Positions 26,591 to 40,718 of a stretch of 64,000 nt of DNA are shown here, piece by piece. This DNA is from Ginglymostoma cirratum. Lineage: Eukaryota. Every line of letters starts with the position of its first letter. Positions within the stretch are counted from its first letter, which is position 1. The position numbers were made by a program, and so were the translations under genes. The stretch spans positions 11,230,609 to 11,294,608 of the forward strand of contig JAHRHZ010000268.1 in assembly GCA_024137785.1 (NCBI GenBank), read 5' to 3'. Below the pieces are notes generated by a model, which saw only the letters and a program-made list of their open reading frames with translations, ran no database searches and was not told the DNA's origin.

Positions 26591-29589
26591 GCTGCGCTCA
26601 CTGTAAGAAAATGGCTAATAGTCACGTCAAATCCTGTGTGTGAAGTTTTACTAGTGAGCAAAGTTTTTAAAAGTAACTTTTTTTTGAGCCATGCTGCAAG
26701 TTTTTACAAGCCCCGAGTCTTATGTATGAAGCATCACATAATCAGATTAACAGCTCAAGTTGTTCTTACATCTGCAACTACACTGGGAGTTGTGGTGAAT
26801 TTCAGAGGGGCGGGGTGGGTGGAGCAGATAATTTTGGGCACAAAGTCACCCAGTGCTGAACTCCTTGGATGTTTTCGTTGGTGATTGTGGATCTGATTTT
26901 AGTTTCCTTCTGATGAAAGCTTTAATTCCTTGTTTGGCTGAGCACCTATAGGCATCAGGATCATCCAAATCCTCACCCAAGTGATCTACCGTATGTGGGA
27001 ATTCTGATGATAGGTGTTGTCAAGCCATATGACTGTAGGGGCATTGCAGCATGCATTATACTCTGTTGTCCCAAAACAGGCCTTTCCAGCAAGGGTCTCT
27101 GGACAATGATTAAAATTAGCAGCTCGTACTTTTCCTAATCTCCTAATCTATTGAAGTAATTGTAGTCTATTTCTGCTGCCTTGAGTTAGAGCTAACTGTA
27201 CAACCCAAGAAACAAACTTATTTCCTGTTTTTCATGGCTCAGCTATTCACTACTAAAACTAACTCTGCCTTCCGGAGAGTAGTGAGACGATTGTATAAAT
27301 CATATGCATAGAGTCCTTTTTCTTTATGGTACAGATATGTTTACACTATCCTTGAACAATGCATTAATGAATGGGGATAAATGAACCACTTCTTTTTGGA
27401 TTGATTGTTCAGTTGTTCAAAATAATAAAAGTTGTGTTTTTAAAAATGCAGTTGTAGCGTATAAAATGTTAAATTCTCAAACAGGCCTAGTGTGCAGTGG
27501 GAAAGGCAAAATATAGCTCTGAATCTTTACTTAAATATTTTGCATGTATTGCCTTTTTTTAAACAAAATACACATTATACATAAGCCTGCACACAGTAAC
27601 TCTTGCGTTTTACCAGTTTTAACAAAAGATTGCGTTGAGATTTCTGACTTGGTTTTGAGCAGATCACTAATTAGAGGTCCGTGTTCCAAGATGAACAACT
27701 GTTTGCTTTAAAAAAAAGTACAACCAGAGCACTGAACTTGAAACTGTCATTTCAGAAAGCTGAACATTTGATGTGGAACCCTTAACTCATGCATGGCCTA
27801 AGCAGTTATGTCATTCACTCCAATATGTCTAAGGGTGTATCCACAATTGCTGTAAGACTTCTTGCAATCCTTCCAAATCTAAAATTTTCCATTATAGATG
27901 CTGTAGAAAACAAATCATAGCCAAGTGGTCTGAAAGGCTTTTACTTTTGCAACTATGCAGAATAAGAGTTTTGAATATTAACTCTTACTGGAGAATTGGA
28001 TGAGGTTTAAATTGGGAACATAGTTCCAAGGTAATTTCGATAAGTTTGACCAAATGAGAGAAGTACGGAAAAGATTGATCATAAACCAGAGGAAAAGTAA
28101 TAAATGTACATTTTTTAGAAATGCTGTTGAAGTGTATATAAACAGTTACAGCAAGTGAACTCTGCTAGTATGGACGTGCACATGATCTAGATGCTACTTA
28201 AGCAGCAAGAGAGAGACAAAGTCAGGCATTTCAAATTCTGTTTTGTTGTGGTTCCTGGCCTGTTCTTTATGGTGAGTAAGAAGGAAGGTTGATGTGATCG
28301 TCAGTAATCTAACTAATCATAACAATGGAACAGATCAAATTGCTTTCCTGAAATTACTTCTGTTTTGTTACCATAGCAGCAAACTTGTGAACAGGTTAAT
28401 TATTGGATCTACTCTTCTCATGGAAAGCTTTTGTGTAATTGATGGATTTGTTAGCACCACCCACCCAAAAAAAATTTTGCAGCTAACTATATTTCAGCCA
28501 TGCATCAAAAACCTATTAGCTGTAATATGGATCCGTAAGATCAGTTATACTGTTGGCTTCTGCATTACACTTACAGAAAGTGGTAATATAATATGAACAA
28601 CTTAATAAAATCACATTGAGGCAGTATAGTTGATATTGCTCGATATTGGAATCCTGTCCAGTGTTCTGAGTCTTAATAGCAATTTCTGCAGCCTGGATTC
28701 AGGGACTTGCCTGAACAGGTGCGTTTTGACAATCCCAACTAGGTCAAGAAAAGTGTGTTGTAAAAGTAGGGAGTTTGTTCCTTTTTTATTATTTTTTAAT
28801 GTGTTAACTAAGATTGAACAATTGGTTGTTGTGCAATGTTTTCTCATAAAATGCTTTCTGACTTCCCCCTTCAAAGTATCGATGTTTCCTGAAATGCTAT
28901 GTGCTGTCTGTAGTTTATCTAAATGGCTTTTACTTGTATTTAAGTCTTATTGATGAAACTAATCTCAACTTCATCAGTAAGATACATGCTGCAATGGTGC
29001 ATTAGAGGCCCATTTATGCTTGGGAAGAGGGAACTTTTGGTGATTTTTAGGTTTCTGTTTCCTTTGTCAAAGGCATGTGTGGCATTTTAATGCCACCTTC
29101 TCAGACTGACTGACCAAGGACATTGTTAATTTGTGGGGGTAAAGTGGTTGGTAGATGAACTTCTTGAACCATTAGTTTGCCTTCTGAAAGGTTGCAATCT
29201 GCCTTCCTGACTGAAGGGAATGATGCAAATGCAGAAAATAACTTAAAATGTGCCTGTACATCTAAACAAATAAAACAATGGGGAAGTAACTAATATAAAG
29301 GGCCAGTGCCCAATGACACATACAATCAATGTTTAAAATAATTGGAAAAAAAGGTAAGTCAACAAAGCTTACTTTGAAAGCTTTTGAATTGGAGGAATTG
29401 AAGGAATGCTGGGAAAATTGCTCTTGCGGTGGGAGGCTATGCAGGGTGGGTTGATTGGAACACTATAGATGTGAAGAATTGGCAGAAAAGTGGCTTCAGA
29501 CCTCCAAAGCTTGATGACTAATGAGCTACAAACTCCTGAGCTTAGGTAAGCCTCAAAACGATAGAGACTTGGATATTTTTGGACTTTTA

Positions 29590-29935
29590 CTGAAGTCATC
29601 CATGTCTATATGCAGCAGGACCTGGACAACAACCAGGTTTAGGCTGACAGGTGGCAAATACATTCATGTCACACAAATGCCAAGCAATTATCATTTCCAA
29701 CAAGAGAGAATCTAATCATTACACCTAGACATTCAATGGCATTACCATTACTAAATCCCTGACTGTCAACATCCTGGAGGTTACCATTCACTAGAAACCG
29801 AACTGGACTACCCATATAAATACAGTGACTATGAGAGAAGGTCAGAAGCTGGGAATCCTGTGATGAGTAACTCATCTCCTGATTCCCCACAGCCTGTCCA
29901 CCATGTGTAAGGCAGAAGTCAGAAGTATGATAGAA
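29590..29935 (+). mobile_element. Degenerate LINE RT fragment
   Basis: tggcaaatacattc...acaaatgccaagcaat...atcctggaggttaccatt...tccaccatgtgtaaggca. Confidence 0.5.
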
Positions 29936-32900
29936 GGATCAGTACAGTGAATATATTTGGAGAAAGTGCACAAAATAATTATTGGGGTAGGAGGCCAGGA
30001 CAGGATTTTTATTTTTTGTTTAGTCTCTTCAGTTTTGTTTGAACGAAGTTTTGCCTGAAGCTGTAGCATCTTTAGGTTTTTGCTTCCAAAATATTAAATT
30101 GGTCGTGGACCACACTGATGTTGAGAACAGTTAGAATCTGGCACATTCTCTTACTTTAGCAACTGCCTTTGCACCATCTTGCACGTAATTATTTCATCGT
30201 GTGCAGACTTCAGTCTGAAGGTACAGCAATACATGTTTGAGAAATAGCTGCTGAATCCTGAACAGCCTAATTTGCGTGATTCTTTAGTTTATTTTCCTGC
30301 TTTTTGAATGATTACAAATAGGTGATTTTTCAAAGTATAACCTTGTTCATGCTGCATTCGTAAATGCTACATGTCTTAGGGCTTGTTGGTGTTCCACGGT
30401 GATCTGCTTTCTTCAGTTTACTTGTTCAAACCAAGTTTGTCACTTGTGCATCTCTGGATTGGTAGCTTTTCTTTGGGGTGGGGGCGAATCTGGGAACAAA
30501 ATTCTGTAATGAGTACATTTTTTTTTTGAGCAAGTAACTGATCTCTCCTCAATAAGTAGGTAAAGAGGTCCATCACATTTTTCAAGCAGCTGGGATGACT
30601 GCAGCTATTTGATGCTCAGGTTAATTGATGAGATCCAGTTTCCCATTGACAGTCTGCTTGTTTGCAAAGAGACAACTGGCACAGTAGGAAGGTAATAGCC
30701 ATAAGAAAGATAGATGGTTGAAGGCAGGGTGACTCTCAAAATTTATGAGCAAGGATAGACAGGGTAAGTGCTGCTGTTGATGTGCAGCTCTGACTCTATA
30801 CAGGTCTTAATTCAGAATAATTCATGTAACAGTGAAGAATAACTTCTATTTATGTCGCACCCTTAATATAATCAACCATCCCAGTTTATATCACAGCAGC
30901 ATTATAAGACCAAGCATGAAACTGACCCACATGAGGAAATATAAAAGTTTTGGTCAAATTGATTTTAAGGTATATTCTGGGGGAGAAAAGGCAGCTACAG
31001 AGGTGTAGAGAGAGAATTCCAGTGTTCAGAGCCTAGGTATGACTGCCAATAATGGAGCAATTTAAATTGAATGCTGAGGAAGTTAGAATTAGAGGAGCAC
31101 AGGTAGCTTTGATATTTGTCGAGCTGGAGGAGATGACAATGGTAAGAACAGTGAGAGCATTGGGATTTTAAATCCAGACGTTGTCTGAAGCCACCTAGGT
31201 GGTGGTTCCAGGAATGGAGATTGCTGTGTGTTGAGACACTGGCAGCAAATTTTTGGATTACTTCAACATTATGAAGGGCAGCAAATGGGAAAGTATTGGA
31301 ATTGTTGAGTCTACAGGTAACAAAGGTACATCAAAGGCTTCTGCAGCAGACTAGCTGTGTTCGGTGCAGTCAAGCAGTGTTGCGGACGTGAAAATGAACA
31401 GTTTTCATTGTAGCACAAGTATGAGCTTGGAGGCAGCAGTCAAATGTGGCACCCAGAGTGTGAACTGAATGGCTTAAATTTCAGCATATTGCCATGGTGT
31501 AGGGTGGAGTTGGTAGTTATGGAACAGAGAAGAACAGGGACTGAAAACAAATGCTTCTGTCTTCCCATATTTAATTTTAATCACTCCATCATTGGCAGCT
31601 ATGCTTTCACTTGTTTAGGTACCAAGCACCAGAATATCCTTCCAACATCTCCCTGTCTTCCCACCTAAGAAGTTTCATCAAATCTTTTGACCAAACATTT
31701 GGTGATTTGACCTAATCTCCTCCTATGGCTTGGTCCTGGTTTATTTTATATTACTGTTGTGAAGAATTTTGGAACTTCTATTATGTAGTGGTGCTATATA
31801 ACTGTAAGTCGTTGATGAAACAGAAAATATTGATACTCATTGTACTGAATGTAGCTTGATTCTTTATCTATGTCCTCAACAGAACTATGGCCCATGTGTC
31901 CCTTCACCTCCCTTTGATGCTCATCTAGTTGGGAATTTCACTGTGGTGGAGACTTTGTGCTAGTCACTGTCTTCCATCTGTCAGGAAGGGGGCTACGCTA
32001 GCACATGACCAGTGCCTGATCATGCCATTGTCACATCTTGTGAAACTTGGTCTGTAATGAAGAACGTTACATGAAGGTATCAGATGAAAGGAAAAGAAGA
32101 ATGAGAAAACGATAACCAAGTGAAAGAAAAATTGCCAAGTAACAGTAAATTACCCAGCCCAAGTAATTTTGCTCCTCTTAATTACATTCTGTGTTGTACT
32201 GTTACTATTCCTGAATGGGCACTTTAGTTAATTGCAGACTTTGCATTCCAAAACTTTGGGTACGTTTTAAAGCTAATAATGTGGACCTGTGTGCATCTGG
32301 GCCAAGTCGTTGGTGCAAAAGCCCATCACAGTTCGCTGAACTCATTTATCTGGTGAATTCCTTACTTTCAAGCCCCTGTTATCGGTCCTCTAGTTCAAAT
32401 ATTTTTTGCCCTTATTTATATTTTAATTTTTTGTCTTGACAATGGAGTTTTCCTCTTTTTGATTACTCAGCTTTCTGTGCTGTATAGTGGCTTCTTTAAT
32501 TAACTGCCCAAGTGTTTAGAAATGTGGAATAATTTTCTGACCTTTGGAATTGAACTATGTTCCACCTGAAGGGTGCAACCATTATCTGAAAGGAAAATGG
32601 GAACTAAGTTCCCTGTATGTGGTTCAAGGATGAAGGATTATTTTAGAAGCAAGCCAAGAGGCGTGTAGCTGGTTGCTAGGAGATGGAGTGCGCAGCAGCG
32701 AATGCTTCAAGTCACTCAAACATCAGTGTATTGGCAAACAGTGTAGTGTTGAAATCCGAAATTAAATTTGCGCAAATTTAATGAAAACTGTATCCAGTAT
32801 TATTCAATAAAAGTATTGTGAAAGAATTTTGATTTTGAACTGCATTTGCTGTTAGCTTGTTGCTGCAACAACTTCAATTCTTCCAAGACATTATTTTGAG

Positions 32901-33369
32901 GCACCTGACAGAACTGAGCACTATCACAAAGAATGTAGCTATTTAAAAGTGAAGAAAAGAGCTTTCACAGATACCTTGGGGCTACGAGCAAGTTATTCAG
33001 CATCATTAAGACACAAAGGTAGACTTCCTTTTTCCAACTCGGTGATGCACTTTTCATAAATAAATGGGAAAAGTTAAGCAGTTTGTGTCTAATTTTGTGA
33101 TTTAAAGCTTTTGCTCCAGTCTTTCCCATGGTTTCAAATCAAACTGTATTTATTTTCAAGATGAAGTGAATTTTCAATTTTGAGGATTCTGAGTTTTGAG
33201 GAGTTAAAATTCTACAGCTATGGAAAAAGGGTTTTTGAATTTTATCATTCCTTAATTGGTATGGAGAAACAAAAACAAGAAGGGCTTGCACAACATCCAT
33301 CTAGCAACTGACCTCTCTCTGATTTGGCACTAGTCCAGTATTTCTGGTGACGTCCCCTTGTATACCTCC

Positions 33370-33760
33370 TAAAGAAAGAAATCAGATATGTGTAACATCA
33401 CTCATGATTACCTAAAATGTTATGCCAATTAATTACTTTTGAAGTGTAGTCACTTTTCTTTTATAGTCATGTGTAGAATGCAAGTGTCACAGAGAAGAGA
33501 TAAATAACCGGTGATCCGTTTCGGTCATGGGGATGATAGTTGTTGAGAAAAAGGTTGGCCGGGACACTAGCAGAGCTACTCATATTTAGTTTGTAGAGTG
33601 CCATGGGATCTTCCATCTCTGTTTAACACCCCAAATAAAAGTTGGTCCCTCTGACAGTGTAACAAATTCTCAGTAGTGCACTGAAGTCTCAGCCTCGACT
33701 AAATGCTCAATTCTAGGGATCCAATCCTAAATCAATCACCTTCTGCTTTTAGATTGAGGC
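33370..33760 (-). mobile_element. Deu-domain SINE (SacSINE1/AmnSINE1-like)
   Basis: Reverse strand cagtgcactactgag...acactgtcagagg...gttaaac...aagatcccatggcact...agtgactacacttcaaaagta. Confidence 0.6.
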
Positions 33761-34002
33761 TTCCACAAGAAAGCTGATAACAAATGATAATTTGTACTTT
33801 TTGAATTAGACACACTTTAGTTGATTCTGAGGCAATGAATGAACTGTTTTGTCAGCTTGGTGACTTGAAAGATTATTCATTGACTACAAACAATTATTGT
33901 TTAACAGCATAGTCCGTTCCAAATTGCTGAGGTTCAATAGATCGTTTTTATTAAACACAGAAATACTCTTGGTATGACATTACTATCCTGAAGTGATAGG
34001 CT

Positions 34003-34195
34003 CAACATGTTTATTTGAAGACACCACAAGCTTTTGGAGTCTCACTTGGACACCAACACCACCTCTCTCATTGACACCTGAAGGAGTGAGACTCCAAAAG
34101 CTCGTGTCTTCGAACCAACCTGTTGGGCTATAACCTGGTATTGTGTGACTTTTGACCTTGTCCATCCCAGTCCAACACCGGTACCTCCCCATCAT
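34003..34195 (+). mobile_element. Penelope family B terminus with a short inverted 5' copy
   Basis: 34075-34195 is homologous to 9731-9850; 34003-34046 is an inverted copy of 34085-34125. Confidence 0.75.
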
Positions 34196-34867
34196 AAGTG
34201 ATAGGCGTCCACTGAACGTGACAGAAAAGTTGAGGCTTGTCCAATTCAGTGCAACTTTAACAGTGTGGTACATCTTAATTAATGCTAAACAACCAATCTC
34301 AGGATGAAAACAAACTTTTACAAGTGGGGTGCTTTATCTCATTAGACTTCGATTATTGTCAGAGATAGTAAGTGAAGCCTGTTTTCTCCTCTGTGTCAAT
34401 CTATCTTTGTTAATTGTACTTTTTTTTTAATCTTTATTTTGCTGTCTGTGCATGATTTGACATAGAATTAAACATCCCACCTTCCACTCGGGTCAAGGAT
34501 AGACACAATTGCTTGCTCTGTTCTTAAAAGCTCCAGAACTACTGTAGAGGGTGCTACGTTATTTACTCTATAATACAGGAAGTTGCAGAATCCCACAGAT
34601 AACCAATGCTAGGTTCAAGCGTAGTGAATGTCTTTCATTCGTTGAAAGCAAGGTTCCAGCCCATTTCTTCATTTCAAGGGAACTGAACTTCATTGAAGTT
34701 ACTAAAAGAGTATTAAAAGTGCTTTGGTTCCTCACCAAAATGGTCATTCTTCTTGTGAGCTTTGACCATCACAAATCCCATGCATGCACTTTTCAAAAGG
34801 CTAGCATAATTATGACCAATAAAGTGGCCTGTGTTTAAAAAAACTTTCTTTCTACATGTCAAAATTC

Positions 34868-34963
34868 TAGGGGCATGGGTCTGGGTTGGATGCCCTATGG
34901 GTCGGTGTGGACTTGTTGGGCCGAAGGGCCTGTTTCCACATTGTAGGGATTCTGTGATCTATG
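34868..34963 (+). mobile_element. HE1 SINE 3' fragment
   Basis: gtggacttgttgggccgaagggcctgtttccacattgtagggattct. Confidence 0.7.
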
Positions 34964-35380
34964 AAATCAATTGTAGTGACCAGCTGCTTCCGACTAAGAT
35001 TAAGATTAGGAGGTATATCTTGCCAACGTGCAGATCTTTAGTCAACAATGTAAATAGTGTAGTGGATTCGGTGAAATGATTTCTTATTTAAAAGTGATTA
35101 TGTTATGGAAAATAACATTGCACAATAAGTTCTTTGAGTGCTAAGCAAATATAAATGAGCTAAATGATCTTGTATATGAGCACTTCAACTTTTGCAGTGA
35201 AGACTTTTAAAGCAATCCACTCTATTTCCTTACAACTACATACGTATTTATAACCACAGTATAGTGCAGCTAATTTATCTGTGAAATGCTGCTTAGTATT
35301 TTTATTCCTTCGTGCATGAAGTGCCTTTGCATTCATGGCTGACGTACAGCACTGTAATAGTTTCTGTTTTTCCTTTTCAG

Positions 35381-36093
35381 GAATCGGAAAAGTGAAACGG
35401 AAACCAAGTATTCGTGACACTGCATCCAATGCAGATGCGGATGGTTACCCAGACAATGGAGAACGTCTATATGATTTGAATGCTCCTGCTTATGTCAAGT
35501 TCAACTACACAGCAGAGAGAGATGATGAGCTATCTTTGGTTAAAGGAACAAAAGTTACCGTCATGGAAAAGTGCAGCGATGGCTGGTGGAGGGGTAGTTA
35601 TAATGGACAAACTGGTTGGTTTCCTTCAAATTATGTCATGGAAGATCTTGAGGGCACCACAGTCGAACCTATGGGATCATTGACAGAAAGACTAGCAGTT
35701 GTGATCAGTGCACACAATGCTAAAGTACTTCATGTTGTGCAGGCTCTATACCCATTTAGTTCTTCGAATGAAGAGGAGCTTAATTTCGAGAAGGGTGAAG
35801 TGATGGATGTTCTTGAGAAACCAGAAAATGATCCAGAGTGGTGGAAATGTAGGAAGGCTGATGGGCAAGTAGGTCTGGTACCTAAGAACTATGTGAATAT
35901 TGTGCAAACATCACCACCAGTCATTAGCCTTGGTCCAACACCACCTCGATGTGACTACATAGGAGCAGCAACTACTGGCAGGTTTGCTGGTAGTCCGTGG
36001 TATTATGGAAAGATTACAAGGCATCAAGGAGAAGTGGCTCTGAATGAAAGAGGAGTTGATGGCGATTTCATAATTCGAGACAGCGAGTCATCA
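35381..36093 (+). CDS. NCK1: NCK1 internal coding exon (linker, SH3-2, SH3-3, start of SH2)
   Basis: Translation [10 protein letters not shown]...[16 protein letters not shown]...[15 protein letters not shown]...[20 protein letters not shown]...[10 protein letters not shown]...IRDSESS matches NCK1 rather than NCK2. Acceptor tttccttttcag|GA (phase 1), donor TCA|gtaagt (phase 0), 713 nt. Confidence 0.97.
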
Positions 36094-36794
36094 GTAAGTA
36101 ATGGATTAGCTATTGTAGGATTTTTAGTTTGTGTTTTCAATTATCATGCTTACAGTATTCTGATATTCCTCATGGGAAGTATGCTAATACATTATTTATA
36201 ACTTTCTTTAATGTGTGTAATTCTTTAGTTTTCAGATTTGTAACTAATGGAGGGGACATTGAGGCATTACTGTGTTGTTACACAAGTTCTTTAGATCCTA
36301 TTTGAATAGATTGCTTCTAGTGAGTTTAATAAGGACTAGCATCATTTTTGGCACACCCCTTCCCTGCAATACCTGATTTTTTTATTTTGGCATTTCACCA
36401 GAAGTCACTAGGACTTTAATATGAACCTGATTTGGGCATTTGCAACTAAAGGGTCCCTCCCTTTTTCTACTCTGAACATAAAATTTTGCATGCTATAGTT
36501 CATTGAGTCTCTGAGTTTTTTCTTTTCTCCATGAATTGAACTATAGTATCAAAAATGTTTGCCGATCAAAACGTTAGCAATGTGGAGAGAGAAGCATATC
36601 TTCTTTCTCATCAGGTTTGAGAGTGACTACCTGTGAGGCTAGAAATACAGAAATTTACTCTAATTCTTTCTGTCGTTGCCTACTGATACTCAATGGTGTG
36701 CATGCATTGTATGAAAGAAGAATGGAGTTGGCACTTGGAGTATATGTATTTAAAAAGATACCTAATCAGCCCTTACTTTCACTTTTTTTTACAG

Positions 36795-36989
36795 CCCAAT
36801 GACTTCTCTGTGTCTTTGAAGGCCCAAAACAAAAACAAGCACTTCAAGGTACAGTTGAAGCAAGGTCTCTACTGCATTGGACAGCGCAAATTTGACAGTA
36901 TGGAAGATTTAGTGGAACATTACAAAAAAGCTCCAATTTTCACAAGCGAACAGGGAGAGAAATTGTTTTTAGTTAAACCTTTATCTTAA
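36795..36989 (+). CDS. NCK1: NCK1 terminal coding exon (rest of SH2 plus stop)
   Basis: Acceptor tttttttacag|CCC, phase 0 matching the upstream donor across a 701-nt intron. Translation [22 protein letters not shown]...[27 protein letters not shown] at 36987-36989. Confidence 0.97.
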   Translation, partial: PNDFSVSLKAQNKNKHFKVQLKQGLYCIGQRKFDSMEDLVEHYKKAPIFTSEQGEKLFLVKPLS

Positions 36990-38920
36990 TGCGGAAGGTA
37001 AAGATCCACTGAAATGGATTCTTCTTGCAGGGAGAGAAAAAAACAATGGAAGCAAGGAAAATCATGATTTTTATCTGACTTACTGGCAATAATCACCTAA
37101 AACAACAGATTTACTTAAGTTTTCAATTTTAACTACACTTTGTGTCCCATTTGCATTGTAATGCTGTTTAATTTTGGATAACCCTTTCTTGTATGTAAAA
37201 TTTTGTGCCTTGCTTCTGTTGAGCTGCTCATTGTGAACACACTGCCTACAGTTACCTTTTTATCATAAATTTGTCCCACTTTGCCCAATAATCTTGAATT
37301 TTTTATATTTCACTTACTACATGCTATATATAGTATATCACTTATTAAGTCTTACTACAGATCTTTGAAATGTTTGTGTGCTTTCGAACCTTGTTGATTA
37401 GCTTGTGATATGTGAGATGTGAAATTTTATGTATTGTGTGTTTAGAATATTCATTTGCCTTTTCTAACTTTTCTTCAATTATTCACAAGAGATATCAATC
37501 AACTATGATTTAATTTTGTTTGAACTCTTGGTAGAGTGTGCAAATTGCATCAGGATAAGTGCTCTAGTGTGACATAAAATGTGGACATACCAGATTTTGC
37601 CTTAATCTTTCAAACCAAAGGCTGTGTATAACTACTGTAATGTTTATATATAAAGTTACAGTTTAATCACACTTTGGTAGGTCCTGCATTAGGATGTGAC
37701 TTTAGTAATATCCTTTAATATGTTTTCGCCTGTATTTAACTCCTAGGTTGAAACATAACTGATTTGAATTGATCTGTCATGTTTGATCACAGTCTCCACT
37801 TAATGCTTGCTTTGTTAATGGCTCATATTAGGGGTGCGTTATATATTGTGTTGTTTAGCTTGTAATACAGTCTTAAAGAATATCACAATTTAACAGATAA
37901 TCTATAATCACTGATTATATCAGAAGTACTCGCTGCTTCTGTTTTATTTTAATTCTTGAAGCTCCAGTTTAATGCCCAGAATGGGAGCTGCATAGTTGTT
38001 GACCTGGCATCTGTAATGCATCTTGCACCTGTAATACTGTATAGGCCCCTGATTCAGTATGATGTACATGCTGAATAATGCAAGGGAACTTTTGTTTTAT
38101 TGTCAGAAGAGAGGCAAGAGAAACAATTCAAAGGTAGCCAATTACTCAGACAGATATGTGACATCACATAGTTTGTGTACTACAGAGATCAGTTTATAGT
38201 ATCAGTAGAAAAATTGTGTCTGAGTTATCAGAATTTTGAATGATATTATTTATCTTTTAATTTATGCTTAAAGTCCATCCCATGGTTATCAGATTCATTC
38301 AAAAAGATGGAGTGTATTTTACTGTTTAAGGTATCAATTGTACCAAGAATTATGAGGGAATCAAGGTGCAAAATGTTGTATTTTGTCTTGTGTAACTTAA
38401 AGACCAGAGATCAGAATAATGTTGGAAATACGGATACAAACAGCTTATGAAGCAGCAATGTGCTGACACTAATGTCCTATCCTGCTATCTAGTAATCTGA
38501 TATCAAGAAGATTAAGAATCTTACAATGAATGATGCTTAAAGAGAGCATATTTTTTATATATTGAATTTTAGATAACATAAGTTTCTGAACCCTGGTCTT
38601 TTGATGTTCAATATTGTTGTAAACCTATAGAAAAAGTTGTTGAGTATAAAATGGCGCTTGGAAAGCTATACTCAGTCATTCTCATGTTATTTCTAATCCC
38701 CACTATTTTGTTACTGAAATTACTTAATCATATGTGTATATCCTTTTATTTTTCAAACACCAATGGTAACTGTTAAACTACAAAATACTGTGAAGTCAAA
38801 TTATGTTTTGCTGTCCTTAGTGCAGCAGATGTCCTACTTGCTTTCAGAAACTTATAATTTACAACTATGGTTGTGTTTAATTATTGCAAAACTCAATAAA
38901 GTTTGTAAGTCATCTTGTCC
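36990..38920 (+). other. NCK1: NCK1 3' UTR (probable)
   Basis: AT-rich, no recognisable TEs, from the stop codon to the first canonical AATAAA I found. Confidence 0.55.
38895..38900 (+). terminator. Polyadenylation signal AATAAA
   Basis: AATAAA followed by a U-rich downstream tract (ttgtcctaatttttattttt). Confidence 0.55.
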
Positions 38921-39210
38921 TAATTTTTATTTTATTGCTTCTGAATTGACTTTCCTGAATTATAAACAAAATGTTTAACTCTACCATTTTATTAATGCTA
39001 ATTTTTTTTTTGTTGCAGGACAAAAATACATATCACTAATCCCCAAAAAAAATCACTGCTGAATGCTGAACAAAAGCTTGGTTAGGTGATTCAAAATAAT
39101 TCAAAGACCAGAATTGATGAAATGTGAAATGAGAACGCTGAGGTTTCACCATGATGCTAATCTTCATTTTGCTTCCAAGGGGAAAAGGAAGTGCTTTTTT
39201 TTTTAGTAAC

Positions 39211-40718
39211 CTTTGATTTGATTTATTATTGTCATATGCACAGAGATACAGTAAAAAGTATCGTTGTACGTGCTATCCAGGCTTGACTTCTAAGCATAAG
39301 TACAAGGTGGCAGAACAGAATGCAAAATATAGTGTTACAGCTATAGAGAAGGTGCAGAGAAAGATTAACTCTAGTATATGACAGGTCTGTTCAAAAGTCA
39401 GATAATGGCAGGGGATGTATCTATTCTTGAATCTGTTGGTATATGCTTTCAAACCTTTAACTTCTGCCCAGTGGAAGAGACTATAACCAGGGTGGGAGGA
39501 GTCTTTGATTATATTGGCTGCTTTCCCGAGGCAGCAGGAAGTATAGATGAAGTCATTGGAAGGAAGGCTGGTTTTCATGATGGACAGGGCTGTGTTCACA
39601 ATTCTGTAATTTCTTACTGTCTTGGGCAAAGCAGTTGGTGTACCAAGCTGTGATGGATCTGGATAGGATGCTTTCTATGGTGCATGTATAAAAATTAGTA
39701 AGAGTCCATGTGGGCATACTGAATTTCTAGCCTTCTGAGGGAGTAGAGGCTGTAATGAGGTTAACCAGATGGAACTCATTGAATGAGTTCCCTGATTGAG
39801 GTTATTAATCTGGTCCAGTCAGGGATTCCTGGCTGACAGATATAAACAGGAGTGTCAGCGATTCTGTTCACTCTTACAGCCTGCTCTGAGGAAGCTGGAT
39901 CAGTGTCAAGGACTTTCCATGTGCACATAAGGGGTGATTTGGTGATAGGATACTGGCCTTTGTGGAGTTATTTCAGAGCCATTGGTGTACGGTTGATGAC
40001 CGTAGCATTGACGTGGATGGACCAGGACAGATTGGTGATATTTATTCCTAGGAACTTGAAGCTATAGGCCATCTCCACCTCAGCTCCATTTGTACAGACA
40101 GGGGCATGTCTTCTATGCTGCTTCCTGAAGTCGATGACAATTTCTTTTGTTTTTCTGACATTGAGGGAGAGATTGTTGTCGTTATACCATGCCGCTAAGC
40201 TCTCTATCTCTATCCTGCATTCTGTCTCGTCATTATTGAAGATCTGACCCATTGCAATGGTGTCATCAGCAAATTTGTAAATGGAGTTGGGGTGGAATTT
40301 GGCCACACAGTCATGAGTGTATAAGGAGTGTAGTAGGGGGCTGAGTACGCAGCCTTGTGGGGCACTGGTGTTGAGGATTATCCTGGAGGAGGCGTTGTCC
40401 CTTATCCTTCCCGACCCTCAGACTGTGATCAGTAAGTCGAGGATCTAGTTGCATAGTGGGGAGTAGAGTCCTAGAAGAGTTTGGTTGGAATTATGGTATT
40501 GAAGGCAGAGCTAACATTAATAAATAGGAGTCTGAAGTAGGAGTCCTTGTTATCTAGATGTTCCAGGCATGAGTATAGGGCCAGGGAGATGGTGTCTGCT
40601 GTGGTACTATTGTGACCGTAGGCAAATTGTAGTGGATCAAGGCAATCTAGGAGGCTGGAGGTGATGTGAGCAATTACTAACCCCCTGAAGCACTTCATAA
40701 TGATGGATGTCAGGGCCA
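39211..40718 (-). mobile_element. Rex1/Babar-like LINE, 3' portion
   Basis: [10 protein letters not shown]...LDPLQFAY...SSAFNTIIP; KFADDT; NNLSLNVRKTKEIVIDFRK; tail caataataaatcaaatcaaa. Confidence 0.85.
39751..39975 (+). mobile_element. Solo LTR nested in the Rex/Babar LINE
   Basis: TGTAA...TTTCA termini, 5-bp flanks gaggc/gagcc, internal TATAAA; homolog at 10817-11038. Confidence 0.75.

Noticed and set aside
1-35380. Canonical NCK1 SH3-1 exon (MAEEV...KDTL)
   Set aside because: Not seen in the ORF track or by eye; presumably upstream of the window.
35335-36201. 288-aa ORF as an intronless NCK gene
   Set aside because: The N-terminal (MADVQH...) and C-terminal (VSNGLAIVG...) extensions are intron read-through past clear splice sites at 35381 and 36093.
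36693-36794. N-terminal part of the 98-aa ORF
   Set aside because: Intronic polypyrimidine tract before the acceptor at 36795.
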